A DNA stretch of 44,244 nucleotides from a virus (lineage: Duplodnaviria > Caudoviricetes), in the IMG/VR virus record IMGVR_UViG_3300011412_000002, positions 1-44,244 of that record; one strand, given 5' to 3'. The notes under the pieces are model-generated. The model did not search any database and was not told the DNA's origin. It saw only the letters and a list, made by a program, of their open reading frames with translations. Shown one piece after another: positions 26,556-36,300 of this stretch (its first letter is position 1; every line of letters begins with the position of its first letter). A program made the translations under genes and the position numbers.

Positions 26556-27476
26556 TTACGGCAGCTTCGGCAGGGCGCCGGCGATCGTCGACCGGAGCAG
26601 CTCGCCGTAGACGGCGAGGGCGACCCCCTCCGGGCTGCCGGCGGCGGTGGGGGTCATCATCGCCGCCACCTGCTCGATCAGCGCGGACAGCCCGTCGAAG
26701 AGGGGTTTGCGGGACAACGGGTTGTCGACGGAGAGGCGCCGGGTGCGGACGTCGTCCGCCAGCTCGAAGAGCACCTCGCAGTTAACTTCGACCGGCGTGG
26801 TCACCGCAACCCCGTTGGTCGACGGCGCCGCCACGCCAACATTGGGGCCAACATTGGGGGCAGCGCTTGACGAGGGGGAGGGGGGCGACTGCTGGGCCCC
26901 CGTGCGCCGGGTGTGGGCGGTGACGTTGGTGACGGTGCCGTTGCTGGCCTGCGTGGCCGAGCCCGCGCGGGCCCGCGAGGTGCCCGCCCGGCGGTTGGCG
27001 CCGGCGTCGGCCAGCGCCTGGTCGACGAAGCCCTTCAGGAAGACGCCGGTCAGACGCCCGGCCGGGTTGAGCATCGGATCCTGGCTGGCGGCGAGGGCCC
27101 GCACCCACGTCCCGGCGGCGGTGGCCACGTCCGTCTTGTTGATGAGCACCGCCAGGTCGCGCGCCTGCCAGGGGTTCTGGGGCAGGTCGGCCTCCCGCAC
27201 GCCGAAGTCCCGGAGCTGCTGCACCTGGTTGAAGGCGTCGATTTTGCGGTCGGCCTCGCGCTTGCCGAAGCCCCACCGTTGCTCGGTGTACTGCTCGAAG
27301 CTGGCGTAGGCCCGGTCGGGGTCGACGGCGAACAACTGCTCGTCCCGGATCTGCTGCAGGATCCCGCCGGCGGCGATCTTGCCGGCCTCGATCAGCTCCA
27401 GGGTCTTCTCCAGGTCGAAGAGGCGGGCGCGCTGGGCCTGGACGGCGGTCTTCTGGGCGCTGGTCATCTGGGCCAT
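26556..27476 (-). CDS. Phage DNA-binding protein (DUF3102/KorB-HTH-like N-domain)
   Basis: G..LQQIRDEQLF...YASFEQYTEQRWGFGKREADRKI.A...LPQN..QAR.L pattern; AAGGAG RBS; own promoter. Confidence 0.6.
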   Translation of the reverse strand: MAQMTSAQKTAVQAQRARLFDLEKTLELIEAGKIAAGGILQQIRDEQLFAVDPDRAYASFEQYTEQRWGFGKREADRKIDAFNQVQQLRDFGVREADLPQNPWQARDLAVLINKTDVATAAGTWVRALAASQDPMLNPAGRLTGVFLKGFVDQALADAGANRRAGTSRARAGSATQASNGTVTNVTAHTRRTGAQQSPPSPSSSAAPNVGPNVGVAAPSTNGVAVTTPVEVNCEVLFELADDVRTRRLSVDNPLSRKPLFDGLSALIEQVAAMMTPTAAGSPEGVALAVYGELLRSTIAGALPKLP

Positions 27477-27507
27477 TTGGGCGGCTCCTTTGGTGTGGTG
27501 TATGTCT

Positions 27508-27537
27508 ATTCTATCACAGTAGCTACCATTCATGCAA
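27508..27537 (-). promoter_or_regulatory. Sigma70-type promoter with GGTAGCTAC box
   Basis: Minus strand TTGCAT-18 nt-TAGAAT with extended TGn; half-site of B next to the -35. Confidence 0.75.
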
Positions 27538-27545
27538 ATGATCGG

Positions 27546-27887
27546 TCACCGGTGGAGGCGTTTCCACTCCTGGTTGCGGGCGTTGAGGCACGTCCGGCAC
27601 TGGCGCATCCCGTTTGGGCGCACGTAGACGTTCCACCCTTCGAGTGGGTGGCCCTGCCGGCAGTGGGTTTGCTTCTGGGTGATTGGTGAGTTGTGGTGGC
27701 GCGCGTGGCAGGCGCGGCACAGCAGTTCGATATTTTCCGGGGCGTTGTTGAGGGGGTTTTCGTCGCGGTGGTGGTGCACCGCGGCGGGCGCCTCGCACCG
27801 GGTGCAGTGTTGGCCGGTGAGGGGGTAGCGGCGTCGCGCTTCTTCGCGCCCAGAGTAGGGCGTGCGTGCGGTAGCCTTGCGGGGCAT
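27546..27887 (-). CDS. HNH endonuclease with C-terminal xTHC zinc domain (paralogue of 24738-25079)
   Basis: CTRC...HHHRDENPLNNAPENIELLCRACH...QTHCRQGH...NVY...CRTC; GAGGAG RBS. Confidence 0.8.
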   Translation of the reverse strand: MPRKATARTPYSGREEARRRYPLTGQHCTRCEAPAAVHHHRDENPLNNAPENIELLCRACHARHHNSPITQKQTHCRQGHPLEGWNVYVRPNGMRQCRTCLNARNQEWKRLHR

Positions 27888-27978
27888 CGAGGCTCTCTCC
27901 TCTGTGCCAGGCCCCCGGCAGTTCACGCTGCGCGGGGGTTCTTTATGACCAATCGGTCAGCAGAGTACACTCCCGGCA

Positions 27979-30171
27979 ATGGCAGCACGGAAGCGCGCGG
28001 GTGACGAGTACGTCCGGGCGAAGGGTAAACGCTACGCGCCGGACGCCGCCGGTTTCGTGACGGACGTCGCGCAGCAGCTCCTCACCGACTTCACCGCCCG
28101 GGATCAACTGCTGCGGGACACCGAGGCGGTGCTGTTCCGGCGCCACAAGGTGGCCGTGCCCAAGGCCTACGAGGGGTCGACCATCGAGGTCAAGGCCCCG
28201 ATCGCGCTGGACATGGTGAACACCATCACGGCGGCGCTGACGGTCAACCCGCCGGAGGTCAACTTCGAGCCCGTCGCCAGCGGGAGCGAGGCCCAGAACA
28301 ACGCCGAGCTGCGCGAGAAGTTCTTCGGTGCCTCCTGGGCCCGCCAGGAGCAGGAGGCGGGCCGGCAGCTCTTCCGGGCCTTCATGTGGAACCTCGTCGG
28401 GTACGGCGAGGCCGTGATGAAGACGGTGGAGCGGTCGCAGTCGGCGTGGCGGGCCTACACGGCTACCGTGCGCGAGCTGGATCGGCGGATGCGCGACCCC
28501 GAGGACGCCGACTTCGGCCACTACGCGGACGGCCGGGAGAAGGCCAAAGACCGCCAGAAAGACTACGACGAGCTGACCGACCAGGCTAAGCGGGCGGCGT
28601 CGTACCCGATCAAGACCACCGACGTGCCCCCGAACACGTTCTACCGCTGGCTCTCCGGGGACGGCGGGATGTCTGTCGCCGGGGAGATCAAGTCGATCCC
28701 CTACCTCGAAGGGCTGACCCGCTTCGGCGCCGGCCTGGGGTCGGGGGGCAACGTGGTGGCCGAGGAAGACCTGGGGCTGCCCCGGGCCCAGTGGTCGTCC
28801 GCCATGAGCGGCGTGTCGACGCTCGACCTGATCGAGCTGTGGGACTACCGGGAGGTGCACTACTCCCTGATCGGGCCCGGCCAGGGCAGCTCCCGCAGCG
28901 GCCTGGGGCGGGGCACCATCGTCAAGTCCCTGCCCCACAACTACGGGATCAAGGACACCCGCACCCTGCGGGGCCCCTACTTCCAGGCCGGCGGGATCAC
29001 CACCGGGCAGCGCGAACCCGAGCTGATGAGCCTGGGCATCCTCTTCGGCTACCTCGACCTGTTCAAGATGTACGACCAGTTGCTGACGCTCACCACGAAC
29101 GCAGCGTTCATGACCGGATTCCCGGCCTACAAACGGAACGCGCCCTCCGGGGCCAGCCTGGTCAGCGCGATCGGCGCCGCGGCCGGCCCGGCGGTGGCCC
29201 CCTTCGGCATCGACGGCGGGGAGCGCAACGCCGAGCGCCCGGTGCAGGTGGTGCCCGGCGAGGTGCTGCCTTTCGACGTCTCCCCGATCGAGCCGCCCCG
29301 GACGGGCACCGACCTGCAGCAGGCGAAAGACGACGTGGTCGGCATCTTCAAGCGCATCCTGCCCGACGCGCTGGCCGGCGCCGACACCGGCTCCAGCGGC
29401 TACGCCCTGAACCAGTCGGCGTATTTGGGCAACCTGCGCTACTCCCCGATCCTGAGCAACGCCCAGTTCGCCCTGTCCGAGCGGGCCGGCTTCGAGAGCT
29501 ACTTGATCGAGGAGTGCATCCAGGAGAAGGTCTACGCCTGGGGCACGCTACCGGTAGTGTCCCCCCGCCGGGGCTACAACCCCGGCATCCGGGGGGCCCG
29601 GGAGGGCTGGCTCGGAATCGGGCCCGACGAGCTGAAGGGCGCCCACCGCTACCGGGTGGCGCTCGACGCCGAGGTGCCCAGCAACCGGGTGCTGGAAGTC
29701 CGCACCCAGGTGGAGATGCTGCAGGCCGGGCTGACCTCCCGGACGCAGGCGATGGAGGAGCTGGGCCAGGATCCCGGCGCGGTGGAGCGGCAGTTGCTCG
29801 TCGAGAACCTGAAGCGCTCCCCGGAGATCCAGAAGCGCCTGATGGATCGCATCCACCAGCTCTTGGGCATCGCCCAGGAGCAGCAGATCCAGGAGCTGGG
29901 AGGGCCCCCCGGCCCGCCGCCGGGTGCTGCCCCTCCGGGCGGCCCCGGGGGCCCTCCCGGCGGTCTGCAGATGGGCGCCCCCGACGCCGTGGCCCCCGGC
30001 CAGGGCATGCCGTTCGCCCCGCCGCCCCCGGGCAGCGTGACCGGCGCCGGCTCCACCGGCCCGGCGATGGGCCCCGGCGGCCTCCCCGGCAACCCCGGCG
30101 GCGCCCCCGCCGGCGTGATGGGCCCGCCCGGCAACGCCCTGCCCCTGCCCGGCCAGCAGATGGGGCGCTAG
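27979..30171 (+). CDS. Portal protein (podovirus-type head-tail connector) with Pro/Gly-rich tail
   Basis: 730 aa; first gene of the morphogenesis operon; portal-like segments (..GYGEAVMK, SSGYALNQ, G..SR..AMEELG); synteny. Confidence 0.7.
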   Translation: MAARKRAGDEYVRAKGKRYAPDAAGFVTDVAQQLLTDFTARDQLLRDTEAVLFRRHKVAVPKAYEGSTIEVKAPIALDMVNTITAALTVNPPEVNFEPVASGSEAQNNAELREKFFGASWARQEQEAGRQLFRAFMWNLVGYGEAVMKTVERSQSAWRAYTATVRELDRRMRDPEDADFGHYADGREKAKDRQKDYDELTDQAKRAASYPIKTTDVPPNTFYRWLSGDGGMSVAGEIKSIPYLEGLTRFGAGLGSGGNVVAEEDLGLPRAQWSSAMSGVSTLDLIELWDYREVHYSLIGPGQGSSRSGLGRGTIVKSLPHNYGIKDTRTLRGPYFQAGGITTGQREPELMSLGILFGYLDLFKMYDQLLTLTTNAAFMTGFPAYKRNAPSGASLVSAIGAAAGPAVAPFGIDGGERNAERPVQVVPGEVLPFDVSPIEPPRTGTDLQQAKDDVVGIFKRILPDALAGADTGSSGYALNQSAYLGNLRYSPILSNAQFALSERAGFESYLIEECIQEKVYAWGTLPVVSPRRGYNPGIRGAREGWLGIGPDELKGAHRYRVALDAEVPSNRVLEVRTQVEMLQAGLTSRTQAMEELGQDPGAVERQLLVENLKRSPEIQKRLMDRIHQLLGIAQEQQIQELGGPPGPPPGAAPPGGPGGPPGGLQMGAPDAVAPGQGMPFAPPPPGSVTGAGSTGPAMGPGGLPGNPGGAPAGVMGPPGNALPLPGQQMGR

Positions 30172-30174
30172 GCC

Positions 30175-30882
30175 GTGACCCCCTCCCTCCCCTCCCCCTC
30201 GTTAAGCGAAGGGAATTCGCAGGGCTCGCCGGTCGGTGCTGTGGCTTCCGAAACCGACCCCACATCGAGCGCTGCGCGCTCGGATAACCTCCCGGCCCCG
30301 CCGGACGGCGCGGCCCCGCCTACGGCCATTTCTGGCCCTCCGGCGACCATCGGGCGGGCCCGGGGCGGTCGGGTGCGAATCCGAACGGGCGCGTGGCCCG
30401 CCGGGGGCACGCCGCGGGTCGACACCAACAGCCTGGAGGCGGTCTCCGACGACGTCGCGCACTGGATCGAGACGATGGCCCAGGACGTCGCCCGGGCCAT
30501 GATGGACGGCATCCACGCCCCGTTCGCCGCCCGCATCAGCACCGAAGAGACCGCCCGCTACTTCGGGGAGACCCTGTTCAACCCGGACGGCTCGCTGGAC
30601 AGCGACCAGTGGTGGGCCGAGTACTCCCGCATCGGGCCGGACGGGCTGGCCAAAGCGATCAACGGCGGCGCCGCGTGGCGCCGCAAGATGGGGCTGCGGG
30701 TGGCCCTGCCGGTCTCGAAGTTCCAGGAGACGCCGGTGGGCCCCGCCGCAGGCGGGGTAATCGGTGTGACGCCGGCCGGGGGCTGGCCCGGCAACACCCC
30801 GCCGGGGGAGCCTGGGCCGGACGGCCCGCTGCCGGAAGAGCTGACCGAGATGCTCGGTGAGATGCGCGAGGAGACGACCTGA
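30175..30882 (+). CDS. Hypothetical virion-associated protein (start uncertain)
   Basis: TGATG coupling to the next gene; ordered central domain. Confidence 0.5.
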   Translation: MTPSLPSPSLSEGNSQGSPVGAVASETDPTSSAARSDNLPAPPDGAAPPTAISGPPATIGRARGGRVRIRTGAWPAGGTPRVDTNSLEAVSDDVAHWIETMAQDVARAMMDGIHAPFAARISTEETARYFGETLFNPDGSLDSDQWWAEYSRIGPDGLAKAINGGAAWRRKMGLRVALPVSKFQETPVGPAAGGVIGVTPAGGWPGNTPPGEPGPDGPLPEELTEMLGEMREETT

Positions 30883-33026
30883 TGCCCGCACCCGGCGCGA
30901 CCCCCGTCGACAAGTACGACCAGCTCGACCTCGGGCGGGGCGACGACGGCATCTGGCGGATCGGCACCAAGTACTCGGACGGCAGCTACGTCATCTGGAA
31001 CGCCGAGGGCGCCAACGAGGAGCTGGCCTACATCGCCCCGGGGCAGACCGCCCCGGCGGACATCGGGGGTGGACGCGCCGCCGTCATCAACCCCGACCAG
31101 AGCCTGCTGGTCTACGACATCAAGAACCCCCCGCCGCAGGTGGCCGGAGCCCCCAGCGCGGGGAGCACGGGCGCCGGCGCAGGGGGGCCAGGAAGCACCG
31201 GCGTCGGCGCCGGCGTCTACCCCTCCACCCCGTTCTCGGGCCAGACCTCCGGCACCGGGAGCGTTAAGAGCGGGCAGACCGGGGCCCCCTCGACCTGGAA
31301 CGCGGCCTCGCCGGGGCGCAACGAGGGCTGGGGCTCGATCGGCGCCGGCACGGCCGGTATCCCCTACGGCCAGGGCGTCCCCGGCTTCGGGCAGCAGCCG
31401 ATCGACATCAACCCCAACGACCTGCCCCACCTGTTCAACGATTCGCCCACCGTGGCGCCGGGCTACATCCCCGGCAGCGGGACGTACAACCAGTTCCGCC
31501 TCGACACCCAGAACCAGGAGCCCCGCTTCCCGGGTGCGCCGCAGGGGTTGTTCGCCACCATGCAGGGGCCTAACGGGCCGGAGGTGGTCAACACCCGGTT
31601 CGGCCTGGGGGGAACCGGGGATCCGACCAACGGCTCCGAAGTCCAGACCCCGCAGCGGTGGATCACCGGCAACGCCACCGACAGCGGGCAGGCGATGAAG
31701 GGTGACGCCGCGTGGCGGGCGAAGTACGGGGGCGGTGGGGGCTGGGACACCGCCTTCGCCGGCGTGGGGCCCTACCAGCCACCGCCACCGACGCAGGGCG
31801 CCTACGGGGCTTCCGGCTACCCGATGCAGCAGCCCCAGCAACCGCAGCAGTACGGTGGCGGCGGGGGGTATCAGGATCCCTACCAGAACGCCTACCTCGA
31901 CGCCGCCGGGGGCGGCGGGACGGGCGGGGGCTTCTTCGGGTCGACCGTCACCAGCAACTGGGGGCAGACCCAGGAGACGGCAGGCAAGGACTACATCGCC
32001 ACCCTGTTCTTGCGGAGCGACACCCCGACCGGGATCGGCACCCCGGCGTGGTCGGCGCCGCCGGCCATGTGGCAAGGGCTGCTGGAGGAGATCCGGGCCG
32101 GGCGCATCTACGTCACCGACCCGCAGGCGTGGGCCATGATCCAGGAGAAGACGGGCGCCACCCCCCAGAGCATCGGGGGCGCCGCCACCGGCGGGCAGAA
32201 CGTCCAGCCGGGGGGCTCCTCGACCACGGACGCGATCGCCAACGGCAACGCCGCCGAGGCCGCCGACAAGGCGGCGTACTGGGCCTACCAGCAGGCCCTG
32301 CTGGCGCAGGGGGACAAGCGCATCGCGCTGGAGGCGGCCCGCGACGCCTGGACGAAGACCTACCAGGAGGCCCAGACCACCGGGATGCTGAACGGGGAGG
32401 CCACCCTGGCGAAGCTCAAGCAGGAGTACGACCAGAAGGTGGCCGCCGCCGGCCTCACCGGCACCTTCGACGGCAACCCGACGCTGGCCCGGTTGCAGCA
32501 GGAGTTCGCCCAGAAGGTCTCCGAGGCGGGCCTCACCGGATTGTGGAACGGCCAGAAGACCCAGCAGGCGATCGCCCAGGAGAACACCACGGCGATGGGC
32601 TTGCTGGGCCTGCAGGCGTCGCTCAAGGGCCCGCGCGACTGGGCCCGCTACCAGACCACCTTCGGCAGCACCCCGCAGGGGCTGAAGGACGTCATGGGCG
32701 CCTTCCAGGGGCGCTACCAGCTCCCCACCGGCACGGGCGCCCAGGCCAGCGCGCAGGGGGGCCAGAACACGGTGGGCGGCCTCGCCGGCGACATCCTGTC
32801 GGGCACCTACGGGCAGCAGCAGCAGGGGCAGACCCAGGCGATGGGCAACCCCCGGCAGGCCGACCTCCAGAACTGGGCCCGGATGCAACCCAGCCAGCGC
32901 GAGATGGTGCTCGGTCAGTACGAGAACGAGGGCTGGTACGCACCAGATGTGGAAAACATCATGAGAACCGCCGCCCCTCGATATGCTGGCCCCAGTTCAG
33001 GAAGCTACAACTTCTTTGCTAAGTAG
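30882..33026 (+). CDS. Probable internal virion / DNA ejection protein (Gly/Gln-rich)
   Basis: Repeats of TGxxNGxxTLA(K/R)LxQE; composition typical of pilot proteins; GAGGAG RBS. Confidence 0.6.
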   Translation: MPAPGATPVDKYDQLDLGRGDDGIWRIGTKYSDGSYVIWNAEGANEELAYIAPGQTAPADIGGGRAAVINPDQSLLVYDIKNPPPQVAGAPSAGSTGAGAGGPGSTGVGAGVYPSTPFSGQTSGTGSVKSGQTGAPSTWNAASPGRNEGWGSIGAGTAGIPYGQGVPGFGQQPIDINPNDLPHLFNDSPTVAPGYIPGSGTYNQFRLDTQNQEPRFPGAPQGLFATMQGPNGPEVVNTRFGLGGTGDPTNGSEVQTPQRWITGNATDSGQAMKGDAAWRAKYGGGGGWDTAFAGVGPYQPPPPTQGAYGASGYPMQQPQQPQQYGGGGGYQDPYQNAYLDAAGGGGTGGGFFGSTVTSNWGQTQETAGKDYIATLFLRSDTPTGIGTPAWSAPPAMWQGLLEEIRAGRIYVTDPQAWAMIQEKTGATPQSIGGAATGGQNVQPGGSSTTDAIANGNAAEAADKAAYWAYQQALLAQGDKRIALEAARDAWTKTYQEAQTTGMLNGEATLAKLKQEYDQKVAAAGLTGTFDGNPTLARLQQEFAQKVSEAGLTGLWNGQKTQQAIAQENTTAMGLLGLQASLKGPRDWARYQTTFGSTPQGLKDVMGAFQGRYQLPTGTGAQASAQGGQNTVGGLAGDILSGTYGQQQQGQTQAMGNPRQADLQNWARMQPSQREMVLGQYENEGWYAPDVENIMRTAAPRYAGPSSGSYNFFAK

Positions 33027-33368
33027 CCGGCGGCGCTCGTAAGAACGACGCACATTCTCCGAGGTGGTCACGTACTCCAGGTTCGTCAGGCGGCTATCGC
33101 CCCGATCGTTGTTCAAGTGGTCGATGTCGTGACCGATCGGTCGAACCCCAACGAAGGCAGCGAGGACGACGGCGTGGACGTAGGGGTTGTGCTCACAGCG
33201 ACTGCGCGTCAGGCGGACGCGCAGATACCCGTCTCGGCTGTACCGCTGGCACAGCACCCGCCCCGGCGGGCGACGCCCCTTCCCCTTCCCGATCGTCCGC
33301 ACCCGCCCCAGGTCGCTGATCTCGTAAAGCTCCTCCCACCCGGGGATCGGTCGCCACTCTTCATCCAT
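32997..33368 (-). CDS. Free-standing NUMOD4-HNH homing endonuclease
   Basis: EEWRPIPGWEELYEISDLGRVR (NUMOD4); VHAVVLAAFVG.RP....IDHLN.DR.D.RL.NLEYVT.SEN (HNH). Confidence 0.9.
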   Translation of the reverse strand: MDEEWRPIPGWEELYEISDLGRVRTIGKGKGRRPPGRVLCQRYSRDGYLRVRLTRSRCEHNPYVHAVVLAAFVGVRPIGHDIDHLNNDRGDSRLTNLEYVTTSENVRRSYERRRLLSKEVVAS

Positions 33369-33388
33369 GACAGCATGGTAGCAATCTG

Positions 33389-36300
33389 ATGGACGGGATG
33401 CTGCCCCCGGTCGACACCGGCGGCTGGTTAAATTATCAGCGCCGGCGCGCTCAGCAATTTGCAAGAGAGCGGATCGCCCGGGCCGGGCAGATCGGCCAGG
33501 TGGGCGGGGACTGGCTGTCCCGCGCCGGCACCTCCCTGGACAACCTCCTGCCCGACTGGGCGAAGGAGGAGGCCCCGCGCCCCAACCTGCCCCAGATCAC
33601 CCCACCCCCCTCCCCCTCGTTAAGCGAAGGGAATTCGGGCGGCCTGCCGGACTGGGCCCGCAGCGCGAGCGACCGCATCGGGCAGATCGGCAGCGACCTC
33701 GGCGGGGTGATCGACCAGGCGCAGGGCATCCTCCCCGGCGGGGAGGCGTGGAACGCCGACTTGGAGCGCATCCGCCGGGAGCGGGAGGCGTCGGAGGCGC
33801 GGTTCCCGCAGCCGGAGCCGGGCCCCACCGGGATGGTCAACCAGACGGGTACACCGGAGGGCGAGGCGATCACGTCGGCGCTGGCCGAGACCGCCCAGCG
33901 GGAGACCCCCGGTGGGCAGTTTGCGACCAACATGGCCCGGCGCGCGGCGGGCCCGGCCTCGGGCCCCATGACGGCCGACACGCCGGTGCAGAACCTGGCC
34001 GGCATGGCCGGGCTCGCCTTCCAGAACGTCGGCGCGCCCCTGCCCGGCGGGCGGGCGATCGGCGCCGGGTTGCTGCCGGATATGGCGGCGCGGGCGGCGA
34101 CGGAGGCCATCCCGGGCGGGGAGACGTCGGTGCTGGAGGGGGCCCAGATCCCGGAGTGGGTGCCGGGGTTGGGTGGGCAGAGGCTGACCAAGGACACCCC
34201 TGTACTGGGCGGGCTGACCACCCCGGACGAGGCGATCCCGTTCGCGGTGGGGGCGAAGTACGGTGACCCCGACCAGCTCGCCGGCGGCTTCGACGACGTG
34301 CTGCGGGCCTCGCAGGGAGTGGCCCGGCGCTTCGGCACGCGGGCGGACGAGGGGTTGGGGGCGGTGGCCGGGCGGGGGCTGCGCCCGGAGCGCAGCGAGT
34401 TCGGCATCGCCGCCGACGAGTTCACCCCCCGGGACATCGAGGGGTTGGTGCTGGACGGGGCCGAGGGCACCGCCGACGAGTTGCGGGCGCTGCCCGGGGC
34501 GCCGGGGCACAGCAGCACCTCGCCGGGCGTCGCCCGCACCCGCAGCGAGCGCCCGGGCCCGGGGATGGAGGCGGTGCGCGAGGCGCCGACCCCCTACGAG
34601 TACCTGAAGGGGATGGCCTCGGACTACGAGCGGTTCCGGGACTTCTACCCCGACTTCGGGCGCTTCTACCGCAGCCTGGCCGAGCCGGCCGGGGAGCAGT
34701 CCGAGGGGCTGTTCAACGAGCTGGGGGCGATGTGGGCGGCCACGGCAGCGCAGACGGCGCCCCACGACAACTTGATCAAGGCCTTGCAGGCGTCGATCGC
34801 CGCCCGCAAGTTCCGGGAGCTGACCGGGAAGCTGCCGAACCAGGACGAACTGCTGTACCTGCTGCGGACGGGCGAGGCCGCCCCGGGGATGCGCTACGAC
34901 CGGGTGCGGGCCAACCCGAAGCTGCAGATCGAGGCGAAGCTCGACCCGGTGCTGGGCCCCGAGGGGGTCATCGCCAAGGTGCCCGAGGCGAAGCTGGAGG
35001 GGGGCGCCGCCAAGATCACCAGCGACGACGCCAAGAAGATCGCCGCCATCTGGGAGGAGGGCGGCATCGACATCCCCACCAACTTCAAGCTCACCGCCTT
35101 CAACATCCTGAACGCCCTGGCGGCGCGCAACGAGCACGCCCCCTGGAGCGTGATCGACACGCATATGTTCCGCCTCTTCGGCTACGGCGACGAGGCCCGC
35201 AAGATCAAGGCGGGCGACCTGGCCGGCAACCCCACCGCCTCACGCTACGTTCAGGCCACCGTCAAGCGGCTGGCGGACGAGCTGGGTTGGGAGCCCCACC
35301 AGGTGCAGTCGGCGCTGTGGTACGGGGCGAAGAACGAGATCAGCCGGGTCGACGTGAAGAACGCCACCATGAAGGGGGGCGCCGCCGAGTTCGCCGGGAT
35401 GCCGGAGGGCACCGTGGTGGACGACGGCACGCTGGCCTACTCCATCCAGAAGGCGTGGGACGCCGGGGTGCTGCCCAACTTCTTGAAGAACTACGCCCCG
35501 CAGGGGCCCATCAACGAGATGAGCGGCGGGGCCCGGGTGCGCTTCACCGGGCCGATCGGGCCGGGGAACTTCGGGAAGGGGCCCTCCCAAGCGCGGGGCG
35601 TTCGCCTCTCTGGCAAAGACCCGGTTACGGGCCAGAAGTACGGGCGCTTCCGGTTGGACATGCCCGAGCAGGAAGGGGCCAACGCCTGGGCTGAGAACCG
35701 GGGCTACACCACCACCGTCGACGCCGGGCCCCAGGAACTCGACGCGCTGGGCTACGACCGGGACACCGGCAAGATCCGGGCGCTGACCGAACGGTCGATC
35801 CCTCACGCGGTGACGGAGAACGTCGACGGCAGCACCTCCGTGCAGCTCTTCGCCCGGGCCGACGCGCCGGCGCAGGAGGCGCAGGACGTGCTGGCCGGGG
35901 CGCTGGGGGGCGACATCCCCCAGATGCACCGCCCGATCCTGGAGACCCAGCAGGGGCGTTTGGGGCCCTCTACGGGGCAGGCGTTCCAGCTCGATAAGGC
36001 GGACGGGGCCCGCTGGACGCTGGCCGAGGTGCAGGCCGCCCGGCGCTCCGGGCTGCCCATCCGCATGTCCCCGGACGGGTTGTCGCTGGTGGCGCGGGCG
36101 GACGACCTGCCCTCGGGGACGACGATCGCTGACCTGCAGCGGGAGTTGGAGGCGGCCGGGGCCCCGCCCCTGGAGGCGCAGGCGGTGGACGTGCGGACGC
36201 TGCCGCCCCGCACGCAGGCGCCGGGGGCGGTGGATACGGTGGGGGCCGTCGCCGGCGAGGAGGGCGCCGGCGAAGCCGGCGATGTGCAGTCGGCGCTGCA

